This document shows positions 1 through 12,361 of a stretch of DNA of 64,000 nt, one piece after another; the first letter of the stretch is position 1, and the number at the start of each line of letters is the position of its first letter. This DNA comes from an uncultured Planctomycetota bacterium (GTDB lineage: Bacteria > Planctomycetota > Planctomycetia > Gemmatales > Gemmataceae), in the NCBI GenBank assembly GCA_963849325.1, contig CAWKHF010000005.1:672001-736000 (forward strand), in the 5' to 3' direction. The notes beneath the pieces are model-generated. The model ran no database searches, was not told where the DNA came from, and saw nothing but the letters and a program-made list of their open reading frames with translations. A program made the position numbers and the translations under genes.

Positions 1-794
1 GAGGCATCCGGACGCGACACCCAAATCCTGTACTTGGAGGACACCAGCGGCAGGCCCCAGATCTGGCTGATGGCGTCGAGGACCGTCTCCTTGCCCGTCA
101 CCGGGAAGCGCAGGATCTGCTGCCCGTAGCCGGCCCCGTCGGCGATGACGTAATAATACTTGCTGTTGTACGCATACACGTCCAGGGAAATCTCCGGGTC
201 CACGAAGAAGCGCGACAGGAACTGCTGGATCACCCAGCGGGCCTGGTCGAGAGTCAAGCCGCCGACCTGAAGACTGCCGTAAATTCCCAGGCCGATCGTG
301 CCGTCGGGCCGCACCAGATGGTCGCCGCGGATCAACTGGATGCCGCCCATCTGGCCCAGCGACACGCGCACTTGGGGGTTCTTGAGACGGGATAGCTTTA
401 ACTGCTTCTCGATCGCCGCCTGGGCCTGTTCCAGGGTCATCCCGGTCACCTTCACCGAACCATGGGAAAAGCCCAGGTTGACCGTCCCATCCGGCGCGAC
501 GGCGTAGAGTCCCTGGATCGGCTCTTCGGGCGGAATGTTGATGGTCTGGATGAGGATCGAATCCAGCGGAGCGATCAGGTAGGGCGGGCGGGGAACGAGG
601 CGGATGGCGTCGATGAGGAGGATGTCGGGCGGCTCGATGACGTAGGGCGGCAGCGGAGACATGGCGAGTTCGTGCGGGACGGTCGGAGGCGGAGGAGTCT
701 GATTCAAGCAACCGCCCGCCGCCAGGCAGGCGCACACAAGCCATCCGGGGAGAAAGGGAGACCGAGCTAGGCGTCCGTTCATCATGGTCGGCAT
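1..794 (-). CDS. Polysaccharide biosynthesis/export (Wza-like) lipoprotein, 3' end beyond window
   Basis: Manual translation from ATG at 794: lipobox-like LAAGGC, PYVIEPPDILLIDA, repeated 'V.PDGTV/I.LG..GS..V.G.TL' Poly_export/SLBB-type motifs; runs off the left edge. Confidence 0.8.
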   Translation of the reverse strand, partial: MPTMMNGRLARSPFLPGWLVCACLAAGGCLNQTPPPPTVPHELAMSPLPPYVIEPPDILLIDAIRLVPRPPYLIAPLDSILIQTINIPPEEPIQGLYAVAPDGTVNLGFSHGSVKVTGMTLEQAQAAIEKQLKLSRLKNPQVRVSLGQMGGIQLIRGDHLVRPDGTIGLGIYGSLQVGGLTLDQARWVIQQFLSRFFVDPEISLDVYAYNSKYYYVIADGAGYGQQILRFPVTGKETVLDAISQIWGLPLVSSKYRIWVSRPDA

Positions 795-1087
795 CCTCGC
801 CACACCGCGTAGACCCCGTCGCTTCCGCCGGGGCCGATCTTGACCCGCATGGCCGCGCTAAGCGGCACCACCCTTCTTTTCGGCACGCCCCCTTTCCTCA
901 GTTGAACTCGGTTTGAAGAGGACCGCTATTTTTCCGCGTCCGGCTGGAATCCCCCAATTCCAAACTCGTCCGAGCCGTGACCGGCCAGCTATTGCCCGAC
1001 GATTTGACCGCCCGTGAGAGATGACCTAGGCTTGCGACGGGATACCCTTCGCCGGCAACAGGGCGTTCCCGCCCTTCGGAGTCGCAC

Positions 1088-1814
1088 ATGCTCGCAAGTG
1101 CTGTCACCTTCTGGCGCTGGTTGACCAACCAGCCGATGCCGCTGGACGCCACGGGCCAGGCCGACGACGCCGACGACCGCCGGGTGTGGCTTCGTTTCCG
1201 AGCCAGCCTGAACGTCCGCTGCGATGAGCTGGGGGCCGAGGCCGAGACCGGCGTCTTCGCGGTGATCCGCGACATCTCGCGCGGCGGCGTCCAGATCGTC
1301 GCGCCGTGTCGCTTCGAGCCGGGTACGGTGCTGAGCGTGGAATTGCCCGCCATCGACGGACGCACCGCACTGGCGGCCCTGGCTTGCGTGGTCCGCGCTC
1401 AGCCCCACGGCGACAGCGAATGGGCGATGGGCTGTCGTTTCTCCTGCGAACTCAATGACGAACAGCTGCAAGCCTTCGGGGCCACGCGCGTTCGCACGCC
1501 GTCGTCCGACCCGCGCATCTGGTCGCGCTTCGGCTGTGACGCCACGGCGGTCTACCAGCGGATTGGCGACAAGGACCACGCGCTTCGCCCGGCTCGGGTG
1601 CGGAACATCGCGGCCGCCGGCATGGCCCTTCTGGTCGCGGAGGAAGTGCCCGCCGGCGAATTGCTCAGCACGGAACTGCACGACGCCAACGGCCGGCCGG
1701 TCGTCACGATCCTGGCCTGCGTGGTCCGCGTCCAGACCACGTCCGAGGGCCAGCTGCTCGGCTGCAACTTCATCCGCGAGACTCAGCGATAACGACCTGC
1801 AAGCGCTGCTGTAA
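1088..1814 (+). CDS. Tandem PilZ-domain protein (apparent frameshift near the 3' end)
   Basis: Two PilZ-like units (DDRRVWLR...RDISRGG; DPRIWSR...RNIAAAG); natural end RELSDNDLQALL* is in another frame. Confidence 0.75.
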
Positions 1815-1835
1815 GGGCGCGTCCTGGAATGCCTT

Positions 1836-1891
1836 CGTTTAGCCGCGACGCGCAGCGGAGCGCGCGTTCCGCTGCGCGTCGCGGCTAAACG
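1836..1891. repeat. REP/REPIN-like palindrome, family A (TAGCCGCGACGCGCAGCGGA)
   Basis: 24-bp perfect inverted arms; near-identical copies at 25126-25190 and 28697-28757. Confidence 0.85.
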
Positions 1892-1930
1892 TGGAAGTTA
1901 TTCCGTGGGCGAGCGGAAGAAGAGGGAGAC

Positions 1931-1966
1931 AAAAAAACCCCGCCGTCTTGGTGAAGACGGCGGGGT
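1931..1966 (-). terminator. Intrinsic terminator downstream of 16S rRNA
   Basis: Minus strand CCCCGCCGTCTT-loop-AAGACGGCGGGG followed by T7. Confidence 0.85.
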
Positions 1967-2052
1967 GTTCTTTGTGTGATCGGCGTGAGTCAAAGCGTGG
2001 ATGCGAACATGAGAGATTTCCGCCCCGTGAGAGGGCGGTACTGATCATCCTT

Positions 2053-3605
<1,553 letters not shown>

Positions 3606-3794
3606 AGTTCGCTTGTCCCGATGTACCCGTCGCTTGCGCTCCGGGCTAGTCGGGCTTGGGAACACAGAAAAGTTTGAGGTCGCCTGACGACTCGACTCAA
3701 AGAACTCGCGGCAACGATGTGGTCATCGTTGCCGACGAGGAATGTGTCGAACCGACAGGCTAGACACATCCTCGCTTTGGCTCGGTACGCCGAT

Positions 3795-3807
3795 TTGTCA
3801 AAGAACA
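3795..3807 (-). promoter_or_regulatory. rRNA leader boxA antitermination site
   Basis: Minus strand TGTTCTTTGACAA, about 190 nt upstream of 16S. Confidence 0.65.
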
Positions 3808-3866
3808 ACGAATATCGCCTCACCGAAGTGAGGTTCCATTCGTGCGTCCCAAATAGGACAGAGTGA

Positions 3867-3894
3867 AGTATAGACAGGTTTGATCGGCTGTCAA
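3867..3894 (-). promoter_or_regulatory. Proximal sigma70-type rRNA promoter
   Basis: TTGACA-16 nt-TATACT on minus strand. Confidence 0.75.
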
Positions 3895-4028
3895 GGGTCT
3901 TTGCGGAAAAAAATTGGAAAAGACATCCGCCGCTCCCACCGGGCCATGCTTCGAGGCTTGCTTGCAGCCTCGGGACCGGATTCCTGCCGGTCGCACTGGC
4001 GTTGGGTGCGTTCGACCTCTACAAAACG

Positions 4029-4058
4029 ATTATGCGGTGGCCGATTGGCCTCTGTCAA
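4029..4058 (-). promoter_or_regulatory. Distal sigma70-type rRNA promoter
   Basis: TTGACA-18 nt-CATAAT on minus strand. Confidence 0.6.
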
Positions 4059-4095
4059 GCGAAATGCGTATCCTTCGCGGCAAAAAGACGGACGA

Positions 4096-4866
4096 ATGGC
4101 TACCCCCCGTGTGCTGATTTTGAGGGCCCCCGGGGCCAACTGCGACGCCGAGGCGCAGTTCGCCTTCGAGAAGGCCGGTGCCCTGGCCGAGCGCGTCCAC
4201 ATCAACCGTCTGCGCGAACGGCCTTCCGAGCTGATGCGGTATCAGATCCTTGCGATCCCCGGTGGCTTCACCTATGGCGACGACGTGGCCGCCGGCAAGA
4301 TCCTGGCGAACCAGCTCGCCCATTTCCTCGGCGACGCCCTGCGACGCTTCCGCGATGCGGAACGGCTGATTCTCGGCATTTGCAACGGCTTCCAGGTATT
4401 GCTCAAGGCTGGCCTGCTCATGCCGCCCGACGAGGATGGGCCGATTGCCACGCTGGCCCCCAACCGTTGCGGCCGGTTCGAGGATCGCTGGGTAACGCTG
4501 CAAGCGACGCCCGGCCACTGCCCCTTTCTGACCGGCATCGATCGCCTCTATCTGCCGGTGGCGCACGGCGAGGGGCGCTTCCTCTGTCGCACCGAATGGG
4601 AGCTGCAGGGACTGGAACAGGCCGGACAGGTCGTCCTGCGCTACGTCAATCCGGCGAGTGGGACAGCGGATTACCCGCTCAACCCCAACGGGTCACAAGG
4701 CGACGTCGCCGGATTGTGCGATGCGACCGGCCGGGTACTCGGTTTGATGCCGCATCCCGAGCGACACGTCCTGCCGACGCAGCATCCGCGCTGGACGCGC
4801 GAGGGCCTGGCCGTGGAAGGCGAGGGACTGGCCCTGTTCCGCAATGCGGTACGCTGCCATCTTTAA
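4096..4866 (+). CDS. purQ: Phosphoribosylformylglycinamidine synthase glutaminase subunit
   Basis: PGANCD, PGGFTYGD, GICNGFQ, AHGEG, NPNGS, MPHPER motifs. Confidence 0.95.
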   Translation: MATPRVLILRAPGANCDAEAQFAFEKAGALAERVHINRLRERPSELMRYQILAIPGGFTYGDDVAAGKILANQLAHFLGDALRRFRDAERLILGICNGFQVLLKAGLLMPPDEDGPIATLAPNRCGRFEDRWVTLQATPGHCPFLTGIDRLYLPVAHGEGRFLCRTEWELQGLEQAGQVVLRYVNPASGTADYPLNPNGSQGDVAGLCDATGRVLGLMPHPERHVLPTQHPRWTREGLAVEGEGLALFRNAVRCHL

Positions 4867-4879
4867 GACGAGGGACGTC

Positions 4880-5752
4880 ATGTCATTCCGTCCGGCGGAA
4901 ACCGAGGCGTTTCGCCGCCTGGCGGCGCTGGCCCTGGAGGAAGACCTGGGATCGGCCGGCGACCCGACCAGCCAGACCCTCCTCCCCGTGGAGCTGACCG
5001 GCCGGGCCGTCCTCGTCTCCCGCCAGGCCGGCGTCCTCGCGGGACTGCCGGCCGCCGAACAGACGTTCGCTCTCGTCGATCCCGCCCTGGCATGGGAAGG
5101 GCTGCGCGAAGACGGCTCGTTGTTGCGACCGGGGGACCAACTGGCCGTTATCCACGGTCCCATGCGTTCCCTCCTGACGGCGGAACGGACGGCCCTCAAT
5201 TTCGTGCAGCGCCTTAGCGGCGTGGCCACCCTGACACGCCGTTATGTCGATGCCGTCGCTGGACTACCTTGTCAAATCCTCGACACGCGCAAGACGACGC
5301 CGGGCTGGCGGCTGTTGGAGAAATACGCCGTGCGCCAGGGCGGCGGACACAACCACCGCATGGGCCTGCACGACGGCATTCTCATCAAGGACAATCATCT
5401 CGCCGCACTGCGCGGACATGCCGATCCCATTCCCGAGGCGATCCGTTGCGCTCGGCAAAGGCACGACAAGGCCATCCCGGTCGAGATCGAGGTGGATATG
5501 CTGGAACAGCTCGATGTGGCCTTGCCGGTTCGCCCCGACATTGTGTTGCTCGACAATATGTCGCTCGCCGATTTGCGCGAAGCCGTCCGTCGTCGCAACG
5601 CCGTCGCCCCGAGTGTGCAACTGGAAGCCTCCGGCGGCGTCACGCTGGACACCGTACGCGCCATCGCCGAGACCGGCGTGGATCGCATCAGCGTCGGCGC
5701 CCTGACGCACTCGGCGCCGGCCCTGGACATGGGCCTCGACTATCTGTCATGA
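4880..5752 (+). CDS. nadC: Quinolinate phosphoribosyltransferase (nicotinate-nucleotide diphosphorylase)
   Basis: DTRKTTPG, HRMGLHDGILIKDNH, EIEV, LLDNM, EASGG motifs. Confidence 0.95.
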   Translation: MSFRPAETEAFRRLAALALEEDLGSAGDPTSQTLLPVELTGRAVLVSRQAGVLAGLPAAEQTFALVDPALAWEGLREDGSLLRPGDQLAVIHGPMRSLLTAERTALNFVQRLSGVATLTRRYVDAVAGLPCQILDTRKTTPGWRLLEKYAVRQGGGHNHRMGLHDGILIKDNHLAALRGHADPIPEAIRCARQRHDKAIPVEIEVDMLEQLDVALPVRPDIVLLDNMSLADLREAVRRRNAVAPSVQLEASGGVTLDTVRAIAETGVDRISVGALTHSAPALDMGLDYLS

Positions 5753-6621
5753 GCCAACCCCGCGAGGAATGGACCCTCGACACACGACGGCTGGGTCGCC
5801 GGGTGCTGGTCTTCGATTGCCTCGACAGCACCAATAATCAGGCGGCGCGGCTGGCGGACGATCCGGCCAACGACGGCCTCGCCATCCTGGCCGACGAACA
5901 GACGGCGGGGCGCGGCCAGCACGGACGCATCTGGCTGGCCGCGCCCGGACAGAGTGTGTTGCTGTCGATCCTGGTCTCTCCTCCGCCGGAGTTGTGCCGC
6001 CCTGCCGTGCTCACCGCCTGGGCCGCCGTCGCCGTGTGTACGACCATCCGCGCGAGCGTTGGCTTGCCGACGCGCATCAAGTGGCCCAACGACGTGCTGC
6101 TGCACGACCGCAAGGTCTGTGGCATCCTCATCGAATCCGTCGCGGGCCGACGAGCCGGGAGCGCAAGCGACCGGAGCAGGTCAACTCCGGTCGTTTGTGC
6201 TCCCGGCTCGCCTGCTTTCGTCGTGGGCATTGGCCTGAACGTCCAGCAGAGCGCCGCGACGTTCGCGGCGGCGGGTCTGCCAGAGGCAACTTCCCTGGCG
6301 CAGTTCGCGGCCAGCCCACTCGACACGCACGCCCTCGCCGCCGACCTGATTCGTCAACTCGATCGCGATTACGATGGGATCTGCCAAGGCGATCTCGGCA
6401 CGTTGGAGACGCGGTGGAAAGAACGCCTCGGTCTGCTCGGCCAACACGTTGTCGCGGAGTGCCACGACGCCAGCCACCACGGCCGACTGATCGAGCTGAG
6501 CTTCCGCGCCGTCGAGTTGGCGCGACCCGGATGGCCGCCCCTGGTACTGGCCCCCGAACGCATTCAGCATCTTGAGGAAGCCGAGGCAAGGAAGATTTTT
6601 AACCACGGATTACACGGATAA
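5749..6621 (+). CDS. birA: Biotin--[acetyl-CoA carboxylase] ligase
   Basis: DSTN, QTAGRGQHGRIW, KWPND, KVCGILIE, GIGLNV; ATGA overlap with nadC. Confidence 0.92.
   Translation: MSQPREEWTLDTRRLGRRVLVFDCLDSTNNQAARLADDPANDGLAILADEQTAGRGQHGRIWLAAPGQSVLLSILVSPPPELCRPAVLTAWAAVAVCTTIRASVGLPTRIKWPNDVLLHDRKVCGILIESVAGRRAGSASDRSRSTPVVCAPGSPAFVVGIGLNVQQSAATFAAAGLPEATSLAQFAASPLDTHALAADLIRQLDRDYDGICQGDLGTLETRWKERLGLLGQHVVAECHDASHHGRLIELSFRAVELARPGWPPLVLAPERIQHLEEAEARKIFNHGLHG
6151..6210. repeat. REP-like palindrome inserted in frame in birA
   Basis: 26-bp arms (24 Watson-Crick + 2 G-U), 8-nt loop, exactly 60 nt. Confidence 0.8.
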
Positions 6622-6679
6622 CACGGATAAGACAGATTCGCTTCTTGTCTTATCCGTGTTATCCGTGTAATCCGTGGTT
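6601..6679. repeat. Inverted repeat built of tandem 9-nt units (ACACGGATA/T) between convergent birA and mqnE
   Basis: 34-bp perfect arms 6601-6634 and 6646-6679. Confidence 0.85.
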
Positions 6680-6695
6680 CTATTTGTGCGGCCCT

Positions 6696-7838
6696 TTAAG
6701 GAGCGGCGACGAGCTGGAGCGCCCGGCCCGTCTGCCAGCGGTCCTCCGTGCGGAGGACTTCGTTGTAGAGCGTATCGCGCTCGACAGGGATGCGGCCGGC
6801 TTCCTCGATCAGACGGCGGATCTCGGCCACGCTCAGCTCCTGCGGCGAATCCGAACCGGCGTCGTGATAGATCTTCTCGTGGACCACCGTGCCGTCCAGG
6901 TCGTCGGCGCCGAAGCTCAGCGCCACCTGCGCCGTCTTGAGGCCGAGCATGACCCAGTACGCCTTGACGTGCGGGAAGTTGTCGAGCATCAGTCGGCTGA
7001 TCGCCATCGTCTTGAGGTCGAGCAGGCCGCTCGCTTTGGGGAGGTGCGACAGGCGCGTGTTGTCCGGGTGGAAGGCCAGCGGAATGAACGTCTGAAAACC
7101 GCCGGTCTCGTCCTGCAGTTCGCGCAGCCGGCACAGATGATCGATGCGATGGCGAGCCTCTTCGATGTGGCCGTAGAGCATGGTTGCGTTGGAGCGCAGG
7201 CCGAGCTGGTGGGCCTCGCGGTGGATGCGCAGCCAGGCGTCGGTGTCGGCCTTGTGCTCGCAGATCTTGTCGCGCACCTCGGGATGGAAGATTTCGGCGC
7301 CGCCGCCGGGCAGACTGCCCAATCCCGCCTCCTGGAACTCGGCCAGCAGGTCGCGCGTGGTCCGGCCCGTCAGGCGCGCGAACCAGTCCCACTCCACCGC
7401 CGTGTACGCTTTCAGGTGCAGGCGCGGCTGCGCCTGGTGAATGATACGGACGACATTCAAATACCACTCGTAGGGCAGCTGGTGATGCAAACCGCCGACG
7501 ATGTGCAGTTCGGTCGCCCCGCGCCGCGCCGCCTCGGCGGCGCGCTCCCGGATCTGCTCGTCGGACATGACGTAGCCCCTGGGGCTTTTCAGGTCCGCCC
7601 GGAAGGCGCAGAAGGTGCAGCGATACACGCACACGTTGGTCGGATTGAGGTGCGTGTTGACGTTGTAATAGGTGAAACGACCGTTCTTGCGCTCGCGGAC
7701 GAGGTTGGCCAGTTCGCCGAGGCTGAACAGGTCGGCGCTGTCGTAGAGGAAGACGCCGTCCTCGAAGGACAGACGTTGTCCGGCCTCGACTTTGTCGCGG
7801 ATGGCGGCCAGGCGGGCGTCGGAGTGGAGTGGGATCAT
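6696..7838 (-). CDS. mqnE: Aminofutalosine synthase (radical SAM, futalosine menaquinone pathway)
   Basis: NPTNVCVYRCTFCAF, PGGGAEIF, NATMLYGHIE, FIPLAFHP, HVKAYW, DDLDGTVVHEKIYHDAG. Confidence 0.9.
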   Translation of the reverse strand: MIPLHSDARLAAIRDKVEAGQRLSFEDGVFLYDSADLFSLGELANLVRERKNGRFTYYNVNTHLNPTNVCVYRCTFCAFRADLKSPRGYVMSDEQIRERAAEAARRGATELHIVGGLHHQLPYEWYLNVVRIIHQAQPRLHLKAYTAVEWDWFARLTGRTTRDLLAEFQEAGLGSLPGGGAEIFHPEVRDKICEHKADTDAWLRIHREAHQLGLRSNATMLYGHIEEARHRIDHLCRLRELQDETGGFQTFIPLAFHPDNTRLSHLPKASGLLDLKTMAISRLMLDNFPHVKAYWVMLGLKTAQVALSFGADDLDGTVVHEKIYHDAGSDSPQELSVAEIRRLIEEAGRIPVERDTLYNEVLRTEDRWQTGRALQLVAAP

Positions 7839-8057
7839 GTACTCGTCCTACGTCGAGAAAACCGCGATTCGTGGCTTCAGCCGACATGCTACGAGGGGCA
7901 CGGCGGATTTTCCAGGCGAGCGGAATTGCCCAAAAGAGCAACCGCAAGCCGGGCGACGGCTTAACTTCCCGCGCGACCTTGCCGGATACGGACGATCCGC
8001 TAGAATACTCCTTTCCCAAAACGGGGTAATTCCGACGGAGAGCCACGGAGAGGATCG

Positions 8058-8340
8058 ATGCCGCACACGCGAAGCGCCAAGAAGCATTTGCGCAAGACCG
8101 AGAAACGTCGCCTGCACAATCGGGCCGTCAAGAGGACGCTCAAGACGCACCTCAAGCGCTTCCTGGCGGCGGTCGAGGGACCGATCGACAAGCTGCGCGA
8201 AGAGTACAACCTGGCCGCCAAGAAGCTGGACAAGGCCGCCGCCAAGCGCATCATCCACCCCAACCTGGCGGCGCAAGAAATCGCAGATGGCTCGCAAGCT
8301 GCACGAAAAGACGAAAACGCCAGCGAGTAACCCCGCGTGA
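8058..8340 (+). CDS. rpsT: 30S ribosomal protein S20 (apparent 2-nt deletion near 8273)
   Basis: MPHTRSAKKHLRKTEKRRLHNR...LDKAAAKRIIHPNLAA; the RKKSQMARKL continuation is in another frame. Confidence 0.93.
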
Positions 8341-8341
8341 G

Positions 8342-8396
8342 GAGAAGCCGCTGGCGGCTTCGCGGACAAGCAGCGCTAAGCCGCCAGCGGTTTCTC
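8342..8396. terminator. Hairpin between convergent rpsT and MMPL genes
   Basis: GAGAAGCCGCTGGCGGCTT...AAGCCGCCAGCGGTTTCTC inverted repeat. Confidence 0.55.
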
Positions 8397-8409
8397 TCGT
8401 CGCCGGTTT

Positions 8410-10768
8410 TCACGCGACCGGCGCGCGATGAAAGTACCGCGACGACGGCACCGGCTCATTCCGCCCCAGCCAGAGCGTGAAGGCCGGAACCAGAAACGGC
8501 CGAACCACGAACGTATCCACCAGCACGCCGAAGGCCAGCGCGAAACCAATCTGCACCAGCGTGCTCAATCCTCCCAGCATCAGCGTGGCGAACGTGCCGG
8601 CCATGATTAGGCCGCAGGACGTGATCGTGCCGCCGGTGCGCGCCAGCGCCCGCCGCGTGCCCTCGACAAGTCCATAACGCTTCCGTTCCTCCAGTGCCCG
8701 CGTGATGAGCAGGATGTTGTAATCCTCGCCAACCGCCACGAGGATGGTGAACAGGAAGAACGGCACGCGCCAATCGACCAGTCCCAGCGGCCGACCGTTC
8801 CACCAGTGGGCCAGCAGCGTCGTCGCGCCCAGGCTGGCGTAGTAACTGAGCAGCACGGTCGCCAGCAGATACACCGCCAGCCACGGACGCCGTACCAGCA
8901 TCAAGAGGATGAGGAAGATGCCGCCCAGGACCAGCGTGTTGATGCGCAGGCGATCGCTCTCGGTGACGTGGGCGAGGTCGCGGGCGTTGACCGTGATGCC
9001 GTGACACTCGGCATGGACGCCTGCCGCGCCGGGATACTGTGGCAGTTCCTCGCGCAGCCACAACTGGATCAGCTCCAGCGTCTCGATGCTTTGCGGATCG
9101 AACGGGTCGGTGCGCGGCACGACGTCGAGGCGAGTGACGAAGCGCGGCGCCTCGCCGGCGTTGGTGGCGGGCAGATGGGCCACGTAGAACGTAGCGGCGG
9201 AGCGGTTGATCTGGTCGGTCACGTTCTGGACGACGTTGTTCCACATCGTTTTGAAGAGCGTGCCCTTCCCCCCGGGCATGTCCGGCGGCGCCGGCATGGT
9301 CATGGGACTGCCCAGGGGCTGGGTCAGACTGCGCACCTCGGCGACGTTGTCCAGCAGGGCGAAGCCGTGGCTCAGATACGAGAGAATGGCCTGGCCGCTC
9401 GGACCTTCCCAGTCGGTGGTCGATTCGAGCAAGACGGTGATCGGCCCGACTTCGCCGGCGGTGAAATGGCGCTGGATGGCGGCCAGGCCGCGAACGCTGT
9501 CGCTGGCCGGGTTCAGCTCGCCGGTGGCGCGGTAATTGGGCCGTACACCCAGGCCGACCACGGCCAGGGGCAGCAGCACGAGCACGGCCGTCGCCCAGGT
9601 TCGCGCGGGGCGAGCGACGACGTAACGGCTGATCGGACCCCAAATGCCTTCCCGCTCCGAGGCGGCGCGGCGCGGGCCGGCCACCGGCAGGCGACCGGGC
9701 CAGAAGGCGATCGGTCCCAGCAGGCGCAGCAGCGCCGGGGCCAACGTCAGCGACGCCACCAGGACTACGGCCAGGCTGACGGCGATGGCGGGCCCGCCAC
9801 AACGCACCTTGGCAAACTCGGCCAGGCCCATCAGTCCCAGGCCGCAGATGACCGTGCCGGCGCTGGCGGCCAGGGCGCCGCCGACGCCGCCGATGCTCCG
9901 CGCCAGCGCCGCCGACGGTTCGTGGCCGCGGCCCAGCTCCTCGCGGTAACGGCTGATGAGGAACAGGCAGTAGTCGGTGCCGGCCCCGTACAGCATGACC
10001 ACGGCGAAGACCTGGCTGATGTTGACCAGGCAGAAGCCGGGGATCAGCGTACACAGGGCGAGCACCTTCAGGGCCACCCACACCGAGGCGGCGATGGTCG
10101 CCAGCGGAATCAGGGCCATCACCGGAGCGCCGATGCACCAGCAGCAAAATGACGACCACGAGGATGACGGTGGCCAGCGTGGTGCTTTCCAGGCTGTTGG
10201 CGCTGGCGGCGACAAGGTCGCGGCCAATGCCGGCCGAACCCGTGACGTACACGGCTGGGGCGCCCGGCCCGGCCTCGGCGACGCGGCGGCGAACGCACTG
10301 CTCGGCCGCGTCCGCCGTGGTCCGCGTCTGAACCGCCAGGTACGGCGTACCCAGCGATACCTGGATCAGCGTGCAGTGACCATCGGCGCTGAGCAGACGT
10401 TTCCCGATCAAGGGATCGCGGTGCGAGCAGACGCGCACGATCTGCAAACCGGGGTCGCCCTGCCGCAACTGGTTGAGATCGGCGACCATGCCCTCGACGA
10501 GAGCGAGGTCGGCCGGCGTCAGCGGCGCGTCGGCCCGCTCGACGGCGACGATGAGGCGGCTGGCGAACACGTCCTGAGGGAAGGCCTGTTCGAGCAGGCG
10601 ATGGCCGCGAACACTGTCGCAGCGGGCCGGCAGGAAGCGGATGTCGTCGTCGACGGCCCGGTCGTCCCAGCGCGGCGCCACCACGCCGACGGCGCCGGCG
10701 ACGACCAGCCAGGCCAGGCAGATGAGCCAGGGATGCGACGTCGTGAAGCGCCCGAGATACTTGAACAT
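8410..10768 (-). CDS. MMPL/RND family transporter (frameshift near 10130)
   Basis: GAGTDYCLFLISRYREE and VAVGEDYNILLITR motifs, many TM segments; joins ORFs 8456..10870 and 8410..10227. Confidence 0.88.
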
Positions 10769-10968
10769 GGTCCGTGTCTCCCCTGGTGAGTGCGCCGCGG
10801 CCCCCGTCGCGCCCGGGTCGGAGGGCGAGACGGGGGCGATGGGGTGTTTATCACGAAGGTTGCAAGACACTGCTGGTATCTTCGGCGGGGCGAGGACGCG
10901 CCCTGTAGCGAAAGTGCAGGGTTGGCCCGGAGGGCGGCCGCCGCGGCAAAATGGGATATGAGAACAAA

Positions 10969-11026
10969 CCGAGCCGCGAGCGTTAGCGAGCGGAGAACGC
11001 CCCGCTCCCTGACGGTCGCGGCTCGG
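10969..11026. repeat. REP-like palindrome, family B (CCGAGCCGCGAGCGTYAGCGAGCG)
   Basis: Imperfect inverted repeat; relatives at 17165-17253 and 34855-34917. Confidence 0.75.
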
Positions 11027-11124
11027 AGGGCCGCGGCCGCGACTTGTTTTGCGATGACGGCGCCGGCCGGTACAATGGCGGAAGTCGCGGACAATCAGGC
11101 CACGCGGGAAGGACTCGATCAGCC

Positions 11125-12050
11125 ATGCTCACCTGCGCCTGTGGTACACGCTTCGAGGTCGATGACACACTGGCCGGTCAGGAAGTGCTCTGTCCGGAGT
11201 GCCAGCAGCCGCTCAGGGCGCCGGCCCGGCAACGTCCACCGCAGGTCACCAGCGGCTGGGCGCTGGCCAGCGTCGTGCTGGCCCTGGTTGGCGCCTTCAC
11301 CGTGCTGGGTACGGTTGTCGCCGTCCTCCTCGGCCTCATCGCCCTGGCGCAGATCGCTCGTCACCGCGAGCGCCTCACCGGCGCCGGTTTCGCCGTCTTG
11401 GGCATCGGTCTGGGCGTCCTGTTCACCGGCCTGACCCTGTTCGCCCTCTCCAGCAGCGACCTCTTTGGCCTGGAGGGTCTGGTGCGCGAGCGCACCCTGG
11501 CGCAGCAGGTCGATACCAGCGGCCCGATGGAGATTGTGCGCGGGGCCAAGGGCTTCGCCATCACACGGCCGAGCGAGAAGTGGGGACAGGTGTCGGGCAA
11601 TCAGAGCGACGACCCGGCCGTGTCGCCGTTGCAGCGCGACCGTGACCTGCTGCTGCTGCAGGCGGCCCGTTACGCTTTTCTCGACGTCCGCACCCGGCCG
11701 CGCGGCCACTTCCGGACGCTGGACCAGTGCCAGGACGACATCCTCGCCGAGTTCGAGGCGCCGCATCGGCCGCCGAGTCCCTTCGGCGAGGACGACGAGG
11801 ACTTCCAGCCGGCCCCGCGGCGCAGCTGCAAACGAGCCGGCAGCTGGAAACCCACGAGGGCGTGGAGGGCCGCGAGATGGAGGTGAGCGTGCGCTGTGCC
11901 GGCCAGTCGTGGCAGTTCGTCATTCGTCTGTATCGCCGCGGCAACGGGCCGATTTACGTCGTCCGCGCCTACACGCACAAGCGCCGCTACACCCAGAACA
12001 AGGGCGAGCTGGAACGCGGTTTGGACAGCTTTCGCATTCTGGGACGTTGA
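11125..12050 (+). CDS. Zinc-ribbon + DUF4190-like membrane protein (frameshift near 11820)
   Basis: CACG...CPEC ribbon; TSGWALASVVL...GLIALAQI...G.GFAVLGIGLG resembles DUF4190. Confidence 0.65.
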
Positions 12051-12061
12051 CGGAGGAAGGC

Positions 12062-12319
12062 GTGCGAACCTGTCATTTTCACGACGACCGTCCCGGTGTA
12101 GGCATTTGCATGCGTTGCCGGGTGGTGATCTGCGCGGCCTGCTGCACGCGGCTGAACGGCGTCAATCATTGCCACGCTTGCCTCAAGGTGCTCGGCGGGC
12201 GGCGCGAGGAGGCGCGCGGCGGCGGTCTGTGGGCCGTGTCCGCGATGCTGCTGCTGGGCGCGGCGTCGCTGGTGCTGTTTGGCCTGTGCTGGGCCGTCGG
12301 CGGCTGGATGGCCCCCTAG
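12062..12319 (+). CDS. Small B-box-like zinc finger membrane protein
   Basis: GGAGG RBS + GTG; CHFH...CMRC...CAAC...CHAC then a TM helix. Confidence 0.65.
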   Translation: MRTCHFHDDRPGVGICMRCRVVICAACCTRLNGVNHCHACLKVLGGRREEARGGGLWAVSAMLLLGAASLVLFGLCWAVGGWMAP

Positions 12320-12330
12320 CCACAACTCTT

Positions 12331-12355
12331 CCGAGCCTGAAGCGTAAGCGAAGGA
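12331..12355. repeat. Single arm of REP family C (GAGCCTGAAGCGTAAGCGAAG)
   Basis: Identical to the arms at 47674-47727 and 53841-53894. Confidence 0.75.
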
Positions 12356-12361
12356 ACGACT

